64,000 nucleotides of DNA from Pseudomonadota bacterium. GTDB lineage: Bacteria; Pseudomonadota; Gammaproteobacteria; JAKAQQ01. Below are positions 1 to 9,635 of this stretch, one piece after another. Each line of letters opens with the position of its first letter. Positions within the stretch are counted from its first letter, which is position 1. Made by a program: the position numbers and the translations under genes. Location of the stretch: NCBI GenBank assembly GCA_021798795.1, contig JAJZBR010000001.1, positions 3,818 through 67,817 of the forward strand, in the 5' to 3' direction. The notes under the pieces were generated by a model, which was not told the DNA's origin, did not search any database, and was given only the letters and a program-made list of their open reading frames with translations.

Positions 1-170
1 TGGTCTGCATCGGCAACATCGCCCAGATCGACACGCCCTACCTGACCGAGGCGACTTCCGGACTCACCTACGTTGTGGACCGCTTCAAACGCTGGGCCCA
101 TTCGGGCCATGTGACCCTGGCACGGGGTGAACGTTCGAGATTGGCCGATTTCGCCGCCCAATCCCTCTAG
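1..170 (+). CDS. PhoH-like ATPase (PIN/PhoH 'YlaK' type), C-terminal fragment; 5' end lies outside the window
   Basis: Frame starting at nt 3 translates to ...GNIAQIDTPYLTEATSGLTYVVDRFKRWAHSGHVTLARGERSRLADFAAQSL*. This is the conserved C-terminus of PhoH-family proteins. Confidence 0.5.
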   Translation, partial: VCIGNIAQIDTPYLTEATSGLTYVVDRFKRWAHSGHVTLARGERSRLADFAAQSL

Positions 171-406
171 ACTGTCCCTGCCCCCCCCAACCCCGGTCTG
201 CACCATCCGCACCTCACCGCCACCATGGCCCGGACAGGTGGTATCCGATCGGTTTCGGGAGCTGTGCTAACATGATCCTAAGCGAGCGGAGCCGGGTCTC
301 AGCATGTGTTCCAGCCATAGGGTCATTGCAACCACACTCTCGATCGGGAACCCTGAACCCCGCCACCCGACCGCAACGATTTAAACCACGCTACAAGGAG
401 TTTGCC

Positions 407-1765
407 ATGTCGATCTTCCCTGTATCCCGCATCCGGCACCGCCCGACCCCTATGCTCTGGATCCCGGCACTGATTGCGCTCGCCGGATTTTCGGCACTCG
501 CCCATGCATCGGGGTTTGCCCTGAACGAAAACAGCGCCAAGGATATGGGCCGCGCTTACGCAGGAAGCGCCGCCAGACCGGATGGCGCAACCGCCGTCTA
601 CTACAACCCGGCACTTCTCACCCTACTCAAGAAACCGGAGTTCAACTTCACCGGTACCCTGATCAAACTCAATGCCAAGTTCAGCCCCCAAACAGCCGTG
701 GATGCCATCGGCCAGCCCTTGTCCGGAAACAACGGAGGCAACGGCGGGCGGAAGCTGAATTTCGTACCCTCCATCTTTTACAGTGCACCGATCAACCGTT
801 CGTGGTCCTGGGGTGTAGGCATCTATGCTCCTTTCGGGCTCAACACCGACTATAACGCCACGTCCATTCTCCGTTACGAAGCCGTCTACACCTCCCTGTC
901 CGTCATCAACTTCAACCCGACCTTGGCCTATCAGGTCACAAACCACTTCTCCGTCGGCGCGGGAGTGGATGTGGCCAAGGCCAACGCCAAACTCACCAAT
1001 GCCATCGATGCCGGAGCCGTCTGCTTTTCCAAGCTCGGCCCGATCAACTGCACGAGTCTCGGGCTCACGCCACAATCGCATGACATGTACAGTGCGATCG
1101 TGGGATCCGATACCGCATTCGGATGGAACATCGGTTTCCTCTGGCACGCCAACGGAACCCGTATCGGCCTGACTTACCGGAGCCGGATCACCCACAACCT
1201 GGTCGGTACGGCATCGTTCTCCAATGTTCCACAGATCTTCCTGCAAAGCGGCCTGTTCAGCCCCACCGGCGCCAGCGCAAACATCGAGACCCCGGATACC
1301 GCAACGCTCAGTTTTGACCAAAACCTGTCGCGCGCTTGGGATATCTCCGCCACGGCAAGTTATACCCGCTGGAATTCCTTCAATCAGATCCAGGTTTTTT
1401 TCGCGAACCCGAACCAGCCACCGGCCACGACGCCCGAAGACTACCGCAATACCTGGTTCGGCAGCGTCGGGACCGACTGGCACTACAACGCCCAATGGAC
1501 GTTCCGGGGCGGTCTCGGGTGGGACGAGACGCCCGTTCCCGACTCGACCCGCAACGCCCGGCTTCCGGATGCCAACCGGACGTGGCTCGCACTCGGACTG
1601 TCCTATGCGCCAACGCCTGCGACCACGCTCTCGTTTGGTTACGCCCACCTCTTTCTCAACAAGCACGCCCCCATGGACAACGTCAGTCCATCCGGGGACC
1701 AAGTCGTGGGAACGTGGAATCTCGACGCCGATCTCTATGCGCTGGAGTTCGGCTACAAGTTCTGA
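407..1765 (+). CDS. fadL: FadL/TodX-family outer-membrane long-chain fatty acid/hydrophobic compound transporter
   Basis: Signal peptide followed by ASGFALNENSAKDMGRAYAGSAA, a FadL N-terminal signature. C-terminal ...EFGYKF has the beta-barrel terminal Phe. Start taken at the internal Met (MSIFPV...) of ORF 272..1765. Confidence 0.85.
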   Translation: MSIFPVSRIRHRPTPMLWIPALIALAGFSALAHASGFALNENSAKDMGRAYAGSAARPDGATAVYYNPALLTLLKKPEFNFTGTLIKLNAKFSPQTAVDAIGQPLSGNNGGNGGRKLNFVPSIFYSAPINRSWSWGVGIYAPFGLNTDYNATSILRYEAVYTSLSVINFNPTLAYQVTNHFSVGAGVDVAKANAKLTNAIDAGAVCFSKLGPINCTSLGLTPQSHDMYSAIVGSDTAFGWNIGFLWHANGTRIGLTYRSRITHNLVGTASFSNVPQIFLQSGLFSPTGASANIETPDTATLSFDQNLSRAWDISATASYTRWNSFNQIQVFFANPNQPPATTPEDYRNTWFGSVGTDWHYNAQWTFRGGLGWDETPVPDSTRNARLPDANRTWLALGLSYAPTPATTLSFGYAHLFLNKHAPMDNVSPSGDQVVGTWNLDADLYALEFGYKF

Positions 1766-1793
1766 GTGATCCGCGCGGCGCCTGCTTCGCTCC

Positions 1794-3365
1794 TTGACTC
1801 CTGAAGCCATGGGAAGACCAGGGGGGAGGATCCGCCCGCCTAGCTTCCGGATCCGAGGCGGGAGGGCGTTTCTATGTGCCTTGGCGGCTTTGCTTTGGGC
1901 TGCCGAGACGTGTGCCGTAGCCGCACCGCCACCGGAAATCATGCATCAGAGCCCGGAATACACGCTGCCTGAGCTCGGGATTCCGGGGGAAAACGCGATC
2001 TCCATGGGGCGGCTCGATGCGATCGGCCTCAAGATGTATCAGACACTGAAGCGCCTGCACCTCGTTCTCCTGGATCCCCAGGTAGAGGCCTATATTGCCC
2101 ATCTCGGACACCTCCTCTCCTCCCATAGCGCGCGTCCCACCATGCCGTTTCGCTATTTCGTCATGCAGACGAACCAGATCAACTCGTTCGCGGCACCTGG
2201 GAACTACATCGCCATCTTTACCGGAATCATTCTGTTCACACACCATGAAGACGAACTCGCGGCGATCCTGTCGCATGAAACGGCTCACGAGGTCCAGGGT
2301 CACATCGCCCGCACCATCGCTGCCCAACATCGCCAGGGCATCATGGGTCTCGCCGCACTGGCCGGTGCCATCGCCCTCGCAGCCGTGAGCGGCAACCCCA
2401 ACGTGGCTTTGGCAGCGATCGGGTCGGCGGCCGGCGGGTTCGAACAATATGAAATCAATTATCTGAGAGGCCACGAATCAGAGGCGGATCGGGTCGGGAT
2501 CACGATTATGGCCCGTGCGGGCTTCGACCCCGTTGGAATGGTAGACGTCTTCCGCGCATTGGCTCAACAAACGGCCTTGAACGGACGCCCGCCAGCTTTC
2601 TTTCTCAATCACCCGACCAATCTCGACCGCATGGCCAATGCCGCCGAACGGGCCCGCCTGCTCGACTACCAGCCCCGGCCGGTGGACCCTGACTATGCGC
2701 TCATGCGTGCGCGGGTCCGGGTTCTCGTGAGCCACCCGCTCGACCGAGTACTCCGTTACTTTGAAAAGAAAGCCCGGAAGCGCACCCATGACTCACTCCT
2801 TTGGCACCGCCTGGCCGACCGCTATGGCGAGGCGCTCTGCTGGGTGCGCCTGCGGCATCCCCGGCACGCACTGGCTGAGATCGATCCGCTCGAAAAGCGC
2901 TACCCCATGATGCTGGCCTTCCGGCTCACGAAGGCCCACGCTCTCCTCGAAGCGGGTCACATCCGCGCCGCAACTCACCTCTATGCCGTAACCGACCGCT
3001 ACTTCCCCGACAATGAAGCGGCTGTCCTCGGCTACAGCGAGGCACTCGAGCGAAACCAGGATCCCGCGCATGCGCTGTTGATCCTGGATCGCTTCTATGG
3101 CCTGAATCCCGGAAAGACCCTGATCCTCCACCGCCTGGCCCATCTCAATGCACGGCTTGGCCACAAATCTCTTTCCGACTATTATCTGGCCCGTTATTTT
3201 ACCGCGCTCGGATCCTACCTCGATGCCGAACTCGAGCTCAATCTCGCCCTCAAGATCCCCCACCTCACCCCCCTGGAGCGTGAACGCTACCATGCTTTGC
3301 TTGCCATCATCAAACAATGGATCCGACGCCATCCCAACCAGGCCAGACGGGAAAAGCGGAGCTAA
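1794..3365 (+). CDS. bepA: M48-family Zn metalloprotease with TPR-like C-terminal region (BepA/YfgC-like periplasmic protease)
   Basis: HEXXH motif in LSHETAHEVQGH plus downstream HESEADRVG. Signal-peptide-like N-terminus (LCALAALLWAAETCAVAA). Helical repeat C-terminus. The exact start is uncertain. Confidence 0.8.
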   Translation: MTPEAMGRPGGRIRPPSFRIRGGRAFLCALAALLWAAETCAVAAPPPEIMHQSPEYTLPELGIPGENAISMGRLDAIGLKMYQTLKRLHLVLLDPQVEAYIAHLGHLLSSHSARPTMPFRYFVMQTNQINSFAAPGNYIAIFTGIILFTHHEDELAAILSHETAHEVQGHIARTIAAQHRQGIMGLAALAGAIALAAVSGNPNVALAAIGSAAGGFEQYEINYLRGHESEADRVGITIMARAGFDPVGMVDVFRALAQQTALNGRPPAFFLNHPTNLDRMANAAERARLLDYQPRPVDPDYALMRARVRVLVSHPLDRVLRYFEKKARKRTHDSLLWHRLADRYGEALCWVRLRHPRHALAEIDPLEKRYPMMLAFRLTKAHALLEAGHIRAATHLYAVTDRYFPDNEAAVLGYSEALERNQDPAHALLILDRFYGLNPGKTLILHRLAHLNARLGHKSLSDYYLARYFTALGSYLDAELELNLALKIPHLTPLERERYHALLAIIKQWIRRHPNQARREKRS

Positions 3366-3369
3366 CCTC

Positions 3370-4128
3370 GTGGCTCCATCCGGCCTGAGCTGCCATCCCA
3401 AACTGATCTGGAAGTGCGGATGGATCCTATCGTGTGCGCTCGCGCTCTGCGCATGCGCGAGCCTGCCCCATGGGAAGCCGGGCCCTTTCCATGACCTCAA
3501 TCGGGCGAACTTCGCCCTGAACGAGGCGTTGGATCATGCCGTCCTCGGGCCTGCCGCACATTTCTATGCGTCAACCGTTCCCCATCCGATCCGGATCGGC
3601 GTGCACAACGTGTTCGAAAATCTCGACAGCCCCATGATCGCCGTTAACGAGTTTCTCGAAGGTCGGCCCGTACCCGGTTTGGATGAAAGCGGGCGCTTCC
3701 TCGTCAACACGACTTTTGGTGTGCTCGGCCTCTTCAATGTCGCCTCTCCCATGGGTCTTCATGGGCATCACGCCGACTTTGACCTGACCCTGGCCCACTG
3801 GGGCATCCCGCGGGGACCTTACCTCGTCTTGCCCCTTTTCGGCCCGGGTAGTCTCAGAAGTCTCGCCGGAACTGCGGTGGACAACTATTACGGCGCCCCA
3901 CTTGAATATCTCAACTCCACTGCCACGCGCAACGACCTCACCGTGCTCCAGCTACTCGACGTCCGGGCCCACCTGATCGGAACCTTTCACCTGATCTACT
4001 CAGCGCCCGACCCCTATCTCATGATGAAGGATGGTTATGAGGCGCATCAGCGTTTCGAGTTTTATCACGGCAATCCGCCCATCCACTATCCCGCTCTCGG
4101 CCCGCCCACTGGATCAGGCGGACACTGA
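3370..4128 (+). CDS. mlaA: MlaA/VacJ outer-membrane lipoprotein (phospholipid transport)
   Basis: Lipoprotein signal (..ILSCALALCACASL). Motif DLNRANFALNEALDHAVLGP.A..Y....P......GV.N.F.NL is VacJ-like. The track ORF 3148..4128 overlaps the bepA 3' end, so the start is placed at a GTG just downstream of the bepA stop. The start is uncertain. Confidence 0.75.
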   Translation: MAPSGLSCHPKLIWKCGWILSCALALCACASLPHGKPGPFHDLNRANFALNEALDHAVLGPAAHFYASTVPHPIRIGVHNVFENLDSPMIAVNEFLEGRPVPGLDESGRFLVNTTFGVLGLFNVASPMGLHGHHADFDLTLAHWGIPRGPYLVLPLFGPGSLRSLAGTAVDNYYGAPLEYLNSTATRNDLTVLQLLDVRAHLIGTFHLIYSAPDPYLMMKDGYEAHQRFEFYHGNPPIHYPALGPPTGSGGH

Positions 4129-4150
4129 CCCGGTTGCGAGGTGCCGTGCC

Positions 4151-4474
4151 CTACGCCACGCCGAGAATTCCCCCGGCATTGCTGAGACGGGCGATCGAAG
4201 CTGCCTGATCCGGCAGGTTGAGAAATGCGAGCTCCCGCCCCTCCCGAGTCGTGAGCCGTTTACACTCGACCAATAAGGCGACCCCGGCGCTGTCCATGAA
4301 GGTCACCTCTTTAAGATTGACCGAAACCACTTCGGGGAGATAGGGGCGTATCTCGCGATAAAGACCCATCACCGTCTCGAAGGTGATCCGCCCTTTTAGA
4401 ACCAGACTCCCGTCCTCAAAGCGGACGCGCGCTTCGGGGCCGCTCGGCTGCCCGCGGAACAGCCATCCGGGCAT
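4151..4474 (-). CDS. mlaB: STAS-domain protein MlaB (anti-sigma-factor-antagonist fold)
   Basis: 107 aa. Sits immediately downstream of mlaC in the mlaFEDCB operon. Sequence is STAS-like (..FMDSAGVALLVE..). Confidence 0.7.
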   Translation of the reverse strand: MPGWLFRGQPSGPEARVRFEDGSLVLKGRITFETVMGLYREIRPYLPEVVSVNLKEVTFMDSAGVALLVECKRLTTREGRELAFLNLPDQAASIARLSNAGGILGVA

Positions 4475-4475
4475 C

Positions 4476-5126
4476 TCAACGCTTCCCGCCGTTTGATACG
4501 CCCAGTTTGTGGGTTTTGAGTTCGTCGATCAGCCCGGCTACTCCAACTTTTTGAAGGATGGGAGCAAACTGATTACGGAAGCTCATGACGTAGGAGATGC
4601 CCTCGACACTGACATCGAAGATACGCCAGCCCCGGGGCGTGCGGTAAAGCGCATAGAGTACGTGCACGGACTGCCCCCCCCGGGTCTCGATCACGGTCTC
4701 GACATTGGCGTAGTGGACTTCGGTCGAACCCCGGTAGGGGGTGACCCGGATTGTGATCCCGTGATAGTGACGCAGCGCAGCCGCGTAGCTATGGATGAGG
4801 TAATGGTAGAAAAAGGTCTGGAACTGGGCCTGCTCCACCGGGGTTGCGAGCCGCCAATAGCGGCCGAGTACGTATTCGGAGGTCAGTGCGAAATCAAAAT
4901 AGGGAACCACTTCGTTGGCCAGGGCAATCACAGTCTTGCGGTTCTCTGTCCGGAGTTGCGTTCGGTGCGTATTGAGGAAAGCCAGAACTTCGACCGTGGC
5001 CTGACGAATCAGCGCGCTCGGGGAGGCTTGTGGGTTGTCGAGCAGGGGAGCCGGAGCAGCCGCGGCCGACGCGCCGATGAGCCATACCAGGAAGATCAAT
5101 CGCAGCGATGGGCGGATGTTTGACAT
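4476..5126 (-). CDS. mlaC: MlaC/Ttg2D periplasmic phospholipid-binding protein
   Basis: Signal peptide present. Toluene-tolerance Ttg2D-like sequence (..YFDFALTSEYVLGRYWR...). Operon position. Confidence 0.85.
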   Translation of the reverse strand: MSNIRPSLRLIFLVWLIGASAAAAPAPLLDNPQASPSALIRQATVEVLAFLNTHRTQLRTENRKTVIALANEVVPYFDFALTSEYVLGRYWRLATPVEQAQFQTFFYHYLIHSYAAALRHYHGITIRVTPYRGSTEVHYANVETVIETRGGQSVHVLYALYRTPRGWRIFDVSVEGISYVMSFRNQFAPILQKVGVAGLIDELKTHKLGVSNGGKR

Positions 5127-5129
5127 GTG

Positions 5130-5600
5130 CTACTTCCCCTTGCCCCGGGAGCCGTGCGTCAGCAACTGGCCCAACAGATGCTCAAGAATGATGGCTGACT
5201 GCGTGAAATGAATCGTACTGCCGTTTTTCAGAAAGGTCGGCGCCCCCCCAGGGCTCAATCCGACATATTGCTGCCCGAGCACCCCCTGAGTCAGGATGGA
5301 GGCGGTCGAATCCGATGGAATGTGGTCGGCGTGATCCCGAAGCGCCATCCGAACGACTGCCTGATAGCGTTTCATGCTGTAGCGGATCCCGACCACCCGC
5401 CCCACCGTGACCCCTCCTATCTGGACGGGTGCGCCCACATGAAGCCCGCCCACGTTGTTGAAATAGGCACGGACCACGTAGCTCTGCCCGCCCGGGATCG
5501 AACGGTAGTCGGTCGTTTTCGTGGCCAGATAAAAAAGGGCTGCTATCCCAAGCACGACAAAGAGCCCGGTAGTCACTTCCAAGGCGGCGGATTGACGCAT
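5130..5600 (-). CDS. mlaD: MlaD (MCE-domain protein)
   Basis: N-terminal TM helix plus MCE domain (..YVVRAYFNNVGGLHVGAPVQIGGVTVGRV..). Confidence 0.85.
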   Translation of the reverse strand: MRQSAALEVTTGLFVVLGIAALFYLATKTTDYRSIPGGQSYVVRAYFNNVGGLHVGAPVQIGGVTVGRVVGIRYSMKRYQAVVRMALRDHADHIPSDSTASILTQGVLGQQYVGLSPGGAPTFLKNGSTIHFTQSAIILEHLLGQLLTHGSRGKGK

Positions 5601-5622
5601 ATACCCTCTCGGCCCATGGCCT

Positions 5623-6393
5623 TCAATACATGAACGAAGTCAAAATGAAATCGAGCGCAAGAATCGCCATCGAGCTGATCACAACTGAACGGGTGGTCGC
5701 CTGGCCTACACCCTCAGCTGATGGACGCGCATGGAACCCCTCGTAAACCGCAATCAGCGTACAGGCTGCGCCGAAAACGGCGCTCTTGATGAGCCCATTG
5801 ACGAAATCGGACCGGAAACTCACTTCGTGCTGCATGCTGGACCAGAATACCCCGGAATCCAATCCCATCATTTTAACCCCGACCAGATAGGCGCCCAATA
5901 TGCCCATGGCGCTGAAGATTCCGGCCAGTAGCGGCATCGATATCACACCTGCGAGGAACCGGGGCGCCACAACCCGCCGCATCGGATCAACCGCCATGAC
6001 CTCCATGGCGTCGATCTGACGGGTTGCGCGCATCAGCCCGAGTTCGGAGGCAAGCGAAGTGCCGGCCCGCCCGGCAAAAAGCAACGCAGTAAGAACGGGG
6101 CCGAGTTCACGCAAAAGTGCGAGGGCCACAAGCCCGCCGAGCGAACTCGTGGCGCCAAATCGTGAGAGGGCCGTATAAAACTGCAGGGCGAGCACCAATC
6201 CGACAAACAGCCCGCCCACGCCGATCAGGATGACGGAAACTGAGCCCACGAAGAAGATCTGCTCAACCACGGTGCCCGGTCTGCGCAGCGTTCGTGGAAC
6301 CGCCGCACAGGTAGCCCAAAAGAATCCGGCACGACGCCCGATGGCCGCGAGGAAATCCGGGATCGGCCGCAAAAGCTTGAGGACCCGTCTCAC
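5623..6393 (-). CDS. mlaE: MlaE ABC transporter permease
   Basis: 256-aa polytopic membrane protein of the MlaE/Ttg2B family. Overlaps the mlaF stop. Confidence 0.9.
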   Translation of the reverse strand: MRRVLKLLRPIPDFLAAIGRRAGFFWATCAAVPRTLRRPGTVVEQIFFVGSVSVILIGVGGLFVGLVLALQFYTALSRFGATSSLGGLVALALLRELGPVLTALLFAGRAGTSLASELGLMRATRQIDAMEVMAVDPMRRVVAPRFLAGVISMPLLAGIFSAMGILGAYLVGVKMMGLDSGVFWSSMQHEVSFRSDFVNGLIKSAVFGAACTLIAVYEGFHARPSAEGVGQATTRSVVISSMAILALDFILTSFMY

Positions 6394-7202
6394 GTGGCAA
6401 CTCCGGCGGAAAAAAGATCTTGGGCAAAGTCACGTGCCGGATAGTTGAAGGGCACGGGACCGTCTGGACTGCCGTCGAGAAACTGGCGGACCCAGGGATC
6501 GCGACTTTGGGCAAGCTCCGATGGACGTCCCCGAGCCACAACCCGCCCCTCCGAAAGGATATAGCCGTGATCCGCAATTTTAAGCACTTCTTTCACATCG
6601 TGCGTCACGATCACGCTGGTTATCCCAAGTGTCTGGTTGAGATGAACAATCAGGCGGAGGATGATCCCCATCGCGATAGGATCGAGGCCAACCAGCGGCT
6701 CGTCATAGAACATCATGAGTGGATCGAGCACGATGGAGCGGGCGAGCGCCACGCGCCGGGCCATTCCCCCGGACAACTCGGAGGGATGGAGCGAGGCGGC
6801 CCCCCGCAAACCGACGGCCTCAAGCTTCATGAGAACGAGATGGTGAATCAGGGTGTTGGAAAGCCGGGTGTGTTCGCGCAACGGAAAAGCAACGTTCTCG
6901 TACACGGAAAGATCGCTGAACAACGCACCATCCTGAAAGAGGAGACCCATTTCCCGCCGCAGCCGGTAGAGCTCGCTTCTGGACAGGCTGCCAAGGTCTC
7001 GGTCATGAATCCGGACCCGCCCCCGATCTGCCTTGCGCTGGCCCGTGACCAGTTCGAGGAGCGTCGTCTTCCCGGTTCCGCTCGGTCCCATGATGGCCGT
7101 GATCTCCCCCTCCGGAATGTCCATGGTGAGCCCGGAAAAGACCGCATGCGAGCGATAGCCAAAATGCACATCCTCGAGCCGGATCAGTGTTGCATCACCC
7201 AC
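6390..7202 (-). CDS. mlaF: MlaF ABC transporter ATP-binding protein
   Basis: Walker A GPSGTGKTT. ABC signature LSGGMARRVALAR. Walker B LMFYDEP. Confidence 0.9.
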   Translation of the reverse strand: MGDATLIRLEDVHFGYRSHAVFSGLTMDIPEGEITAIMGPSGTGKTTLLELVTGQRKADRGRVRIHDRDLGSLSRSELYRLRREMGLLFQDGALFSDLSVYENVAFPLREHTRLSNTLIHHLVLMKLEAVGLRGAASLHPSELSGGMARRVALARSIVLDPLMMFYDEPLVGLDPIAMGIILRLIVHLNQTLGITSVIVTHDVKEVLKIADHGYILSEGRVVARGRPSELAQSRDPWVRQFLDGSPDGPVPFNYPARDFAQDLFSAGVAT

Positions 7203-7283
7203 CGTGGATGTTTCCCGGCAGCAGTCGGCTTCTGAACGGGAACCGCTCCCAAGACGGGAAACCCGGGTGCGACTCGGAGGGAT

Positions 7284-8300
7284 TCAGACTGCCCCCTCGA
7301 GCGTTGGGCTATAGCGACCCATCCGAGCCAGACTGTTCAGATGGGCACGATGGCTGAATAGCTTCTGTGCCAAAGCAGCCTGATCGGCCCGGCCTGCCCA
7401 AGCGCCCAAGGGCGGTTCCTGGAGCGCGCGTGAAAATGAAAAAGTGACCTGCCAGGACGCTGGACTTTGATTCATGGCGTTGAGATGGGCTGTCGCACGC
7501 TCCGGAGTCTGACCGCCCGAGAGGAAGGCAATGCCGGGAACAGCTGCCGGAACCGATTGTCTGAGCGTGCGCAATGTCGCTTCCGCGACCGCCGCGATGT
7601 CAGGCTGGATCGGGCATTTTTTGCCGGCCACGATCATGTTGGGTTTGAGGATCAACCCCTCGAGGTGGGCGCCATGATCGCGGAGAGCTTCGAAAACCCG
7701 GTTCAGTACCGCGCGGGTCACCTCCTCGCAACGCTCCTGGTCGTGATCACCCTCCATGAGCACCTCGGGTTCAACGATCGGAACCAGCTCCTGTTCTTGT
7801 GCGAGCAGCGCATAGCGGGCCAGTGCTTCCGCATTGGCCTGGATGGCGGTCCGGGAGGGACGCGCGCTATCGATCGCGATGACCGCTCGCCATTTTGTGA
7901 AACGCGCACCGAGATCCCGGTAGGCGATCAGTCGTTCCCTCAGGCCATCCAGCCCTTCCGTCACAAACTCGCCGGGATGTCCCGCCAAAGGTTTGGCTCC
8001 GCCATCCACTTTGATTCCGGGGAGGATGTGACGCTCCGCCAGGAGGTCTACGAAGCGCCCCCCACCCTGTGTAGCCTGCTTCAGGGTTTCCTCATATAAA
8101 ATCACGCCTGAGAGGTAGCGCTCGATCCCAGGAGACGTGAACAAGAGTTCCCGGTAGGTCCGCCGGGATTCGGCCGTGCAGGGAATCCCCAGCGTCTCGA
8201 AACGCTTGCCAATCGTTGCCGAACTCTCATCCGCAGCCAAAATGCCACGCTCCGGTGCGACCAGGAGCCGCGCGGTTTCCTCAAGTTGCATCCGGTTCAC
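7284..8300 (-). CDS. fba: Class I (Schiff-base) fructose-bisphosphate aldolase
   Basis: GILAADESSATIGKRF and downstream aldolase class I blocks. 338 aa. Confidence 0.85.
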   Translation of the reverse strand: MNRMQLEETARLLVAPERGILAADESSATIGKRFETLGIPCTAESRRTYRELLFTSPGIERYLSGVILYEETLKQATQGGGRFVDLLAERHILPGIKVDGGAKPLAGHPGEFVTEGLDGLRERLIAYRDLGARFTKWRAVIAIDSARPSRTAIQANAEALARYALLAQEQELVPIVEPEVLMEGDHDQERCEEVTRAVLNRVFEALRDHGAHLEGLILKPNMIVAGKKCPIQPDIAAVAEATLRTLRQSVPAAVPGIAFLSGGQTPERATAHLNAMNQSPASWQVTFSFSRALQEPPLGAWAGRADQAALAQKLFSHRAHLNSLARMGRYSPTLEGAV

Positions 8301-8349
8301 GCGTAAACACCCCGCGAGGATCGATGATTATTCTAGCAGAGCCGTGGCA

Positions 8350-8706
8350 TCAAAGCGTGAGGGTGGGCTTGGCAGCGCTTGCTCTGCCGGCCAGAATCTT
8401 CTCGATCTTTGCTTTGAGAACGGGGGCATTGGTTCCGATGAACTGGACGCCGACGCCGCTGTTCGATCCCTGGTGACGAAAATGGCTGCGTGCACTGGCT
8501 GGAGAGATCCAGATCACCTTCCCTTCGACACCGACCTGCTGGGTCTCGTTCGGCAGATCGACCAGAAGATAGACTTCGGTCGCGAGCGGATGGGTGGTTT
8601 CCGTCGAAATAAACAAGCCGCCTCCGTTCACGAATGACATGTACCGGCGATGCAGCTCCTCGACGGTCGGGATCGCGAGTTTAAGTATTTTTCCGTCCAC
8701 GGCCAT
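8350..8706 (-). CDS. pilZ: PilZ-domain type IV pilus assembly protein
   Basis: MAVDGKILKLAIPTVEELHRRYMSFVNGGGLFIST... has a PilZ fold signature. Located immediately downstream of holB, as in Pseudomonas. Start taken at the internal Met of ORF 8350..8796. Confidence 0.75.
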   Translation of the reverse strand: MAVDGKILKLAIPTVEELHRRYMSFVNGGGLFISTETTHPLATEVYLLVDLPNETQQVGVEGKVIWISPASARSHFRHQGSNSGVGVQFIGTNAPVLKAKIEKILAGRASAAKPTLTL

Positions 8707-9631
8707 CGTGACCCACCTCCAGAAAGATGTTGATCCAGAGCGCCTCGCGGGCGAGCTTCTCATTGGCGCTCGTCCGGGCCAGGCGCTCGGTCTCACGTGC
8801 TTGAGTATACAGCGGGATGAGATTCCCCAGCGTCAAATGTTCGAGCCGGATGCGGAGTGGTTCCGGCGGGTCCGGCAGAGAGGGCCAACCCAGTCGGGAG
8901 CGGGCGGCGGATGCGAACCAAAGGCTCCACTCGTGCGCGACTTCGGCAAGAGAAGAAACGTCGCGGTATTTCTCGAGATCGATGGGCTCGATCTCCCCAT
9001 CGAGCAGGCGGGCATAATCCGCAATCAGGGCGCGGCGTGCCTCTGATGGAACATCGCCCCCCCCGGCTGGGTCGGCGGTTGGAACCGTATGGAGCGTCCG
9101 GATCCTGAGCTTCTCGCATCGGCTCCGGATCGTTGCCTTGAGACCGAGCGGCCGACCGGTTTCCAGGATGAAAACGGTAGGCCCCGGAGGCTCTTCGAGA
9201 GTCTTGAGAAACGCATTGGCGGCGGCATCCGTCATGCGTTCCGCTTGGGGAAGCCAGCCCACCTTGCGTCCGCCACGATGGCTGGTCAACGTCAGTTCAT
9301 CCGCAAGCTCCCGGATCTCATCCACTCCGATGCGCCCTGAGGCTGATTGCAAAAAATGGAGATCCGGATGCCGCCCGGAGGCGAACTGGTGGCAGGACCA
9401 GCAGGTCCCGCATGGCCGCACCTCGACTTGGGCTTCGCAGAGGATGGCACCGATAAGCCAGTCAGTCAGATCCGAACGCTCCCCTCCGGTTGCGCCTGTC
9501 ACGAGTAACGCCCCCTCCCTGCGGGTTGCGATCCACTGCGCCCGGATACCCGCCCCAAACGCCTGGGAGAGCCCCGGTATGCGCTCCGCGCCGTCCGTCA
9601 GGATTTCCTGCCCATGCGGATCCCGTGTCAT
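8681..9631 (-). CDS. holB: DNA polymerase III delta' subunit
   Basis: AAA+ clamp-loader features (..LLVTGATGGERS.., ..FLKTLEEPP.., SRC motif). Synteny tmk-holB. Start taken at MTRDPHGQ. Confidence 0.8.
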   Translation of the reverse strand: MTRDPHGQEILTDGAERIPGLSQAFGAGIRAQWIATRREGALLVTGATGGERSDLTDWLIGAILCEAQVEVRPCGTCWSCHQFASGRHPDLHFLQSASGRIGVDEIRELADELTLTSHRGGRKVGWLPQAERMTDAAANAFLKTLEEPPGPTVFILETGRPLGLKATIRSRCEKLRIRTLHTVPTADPAGGGDVPSEARRALIADYARLLDGEIEPIDLEKYRDVSSLAEVAHEWSLWFASAARSRLGWPSLPDPPEPLRIRLEHLTLGNLIPLYTQARETERLARTSANEKLAREALWINIFLEVGHDGRGRKNT

Positions 9632-9635
9632 CCGG

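Noticed and set aside
623-1942. Long antisense or alternative-frame ORFs throughout the window. Examples: 623..1942, 2793..3500, 6420..7235, 18887..19927, 22867..23817, 36274..37548, 39133..40494, 45103..45987, 47614..48774, 55581..56510, 59817..60623.
   Set aside because: Each lies opposite or out of frame to a gene with strong family-level motif support. In high-GC DNA, stop-free antisense frames are expected by chance. None showed recognisable protein motifs.
3148-3369. 5' extension of the mlaA ORF (3148..) overlapping the last 218 nt of the bepA-like gene.
   Set aside because: The lipoprotein signal peptide and VacJ homology begin only after the bepA stop. The extension is an ORF-finder artefact.
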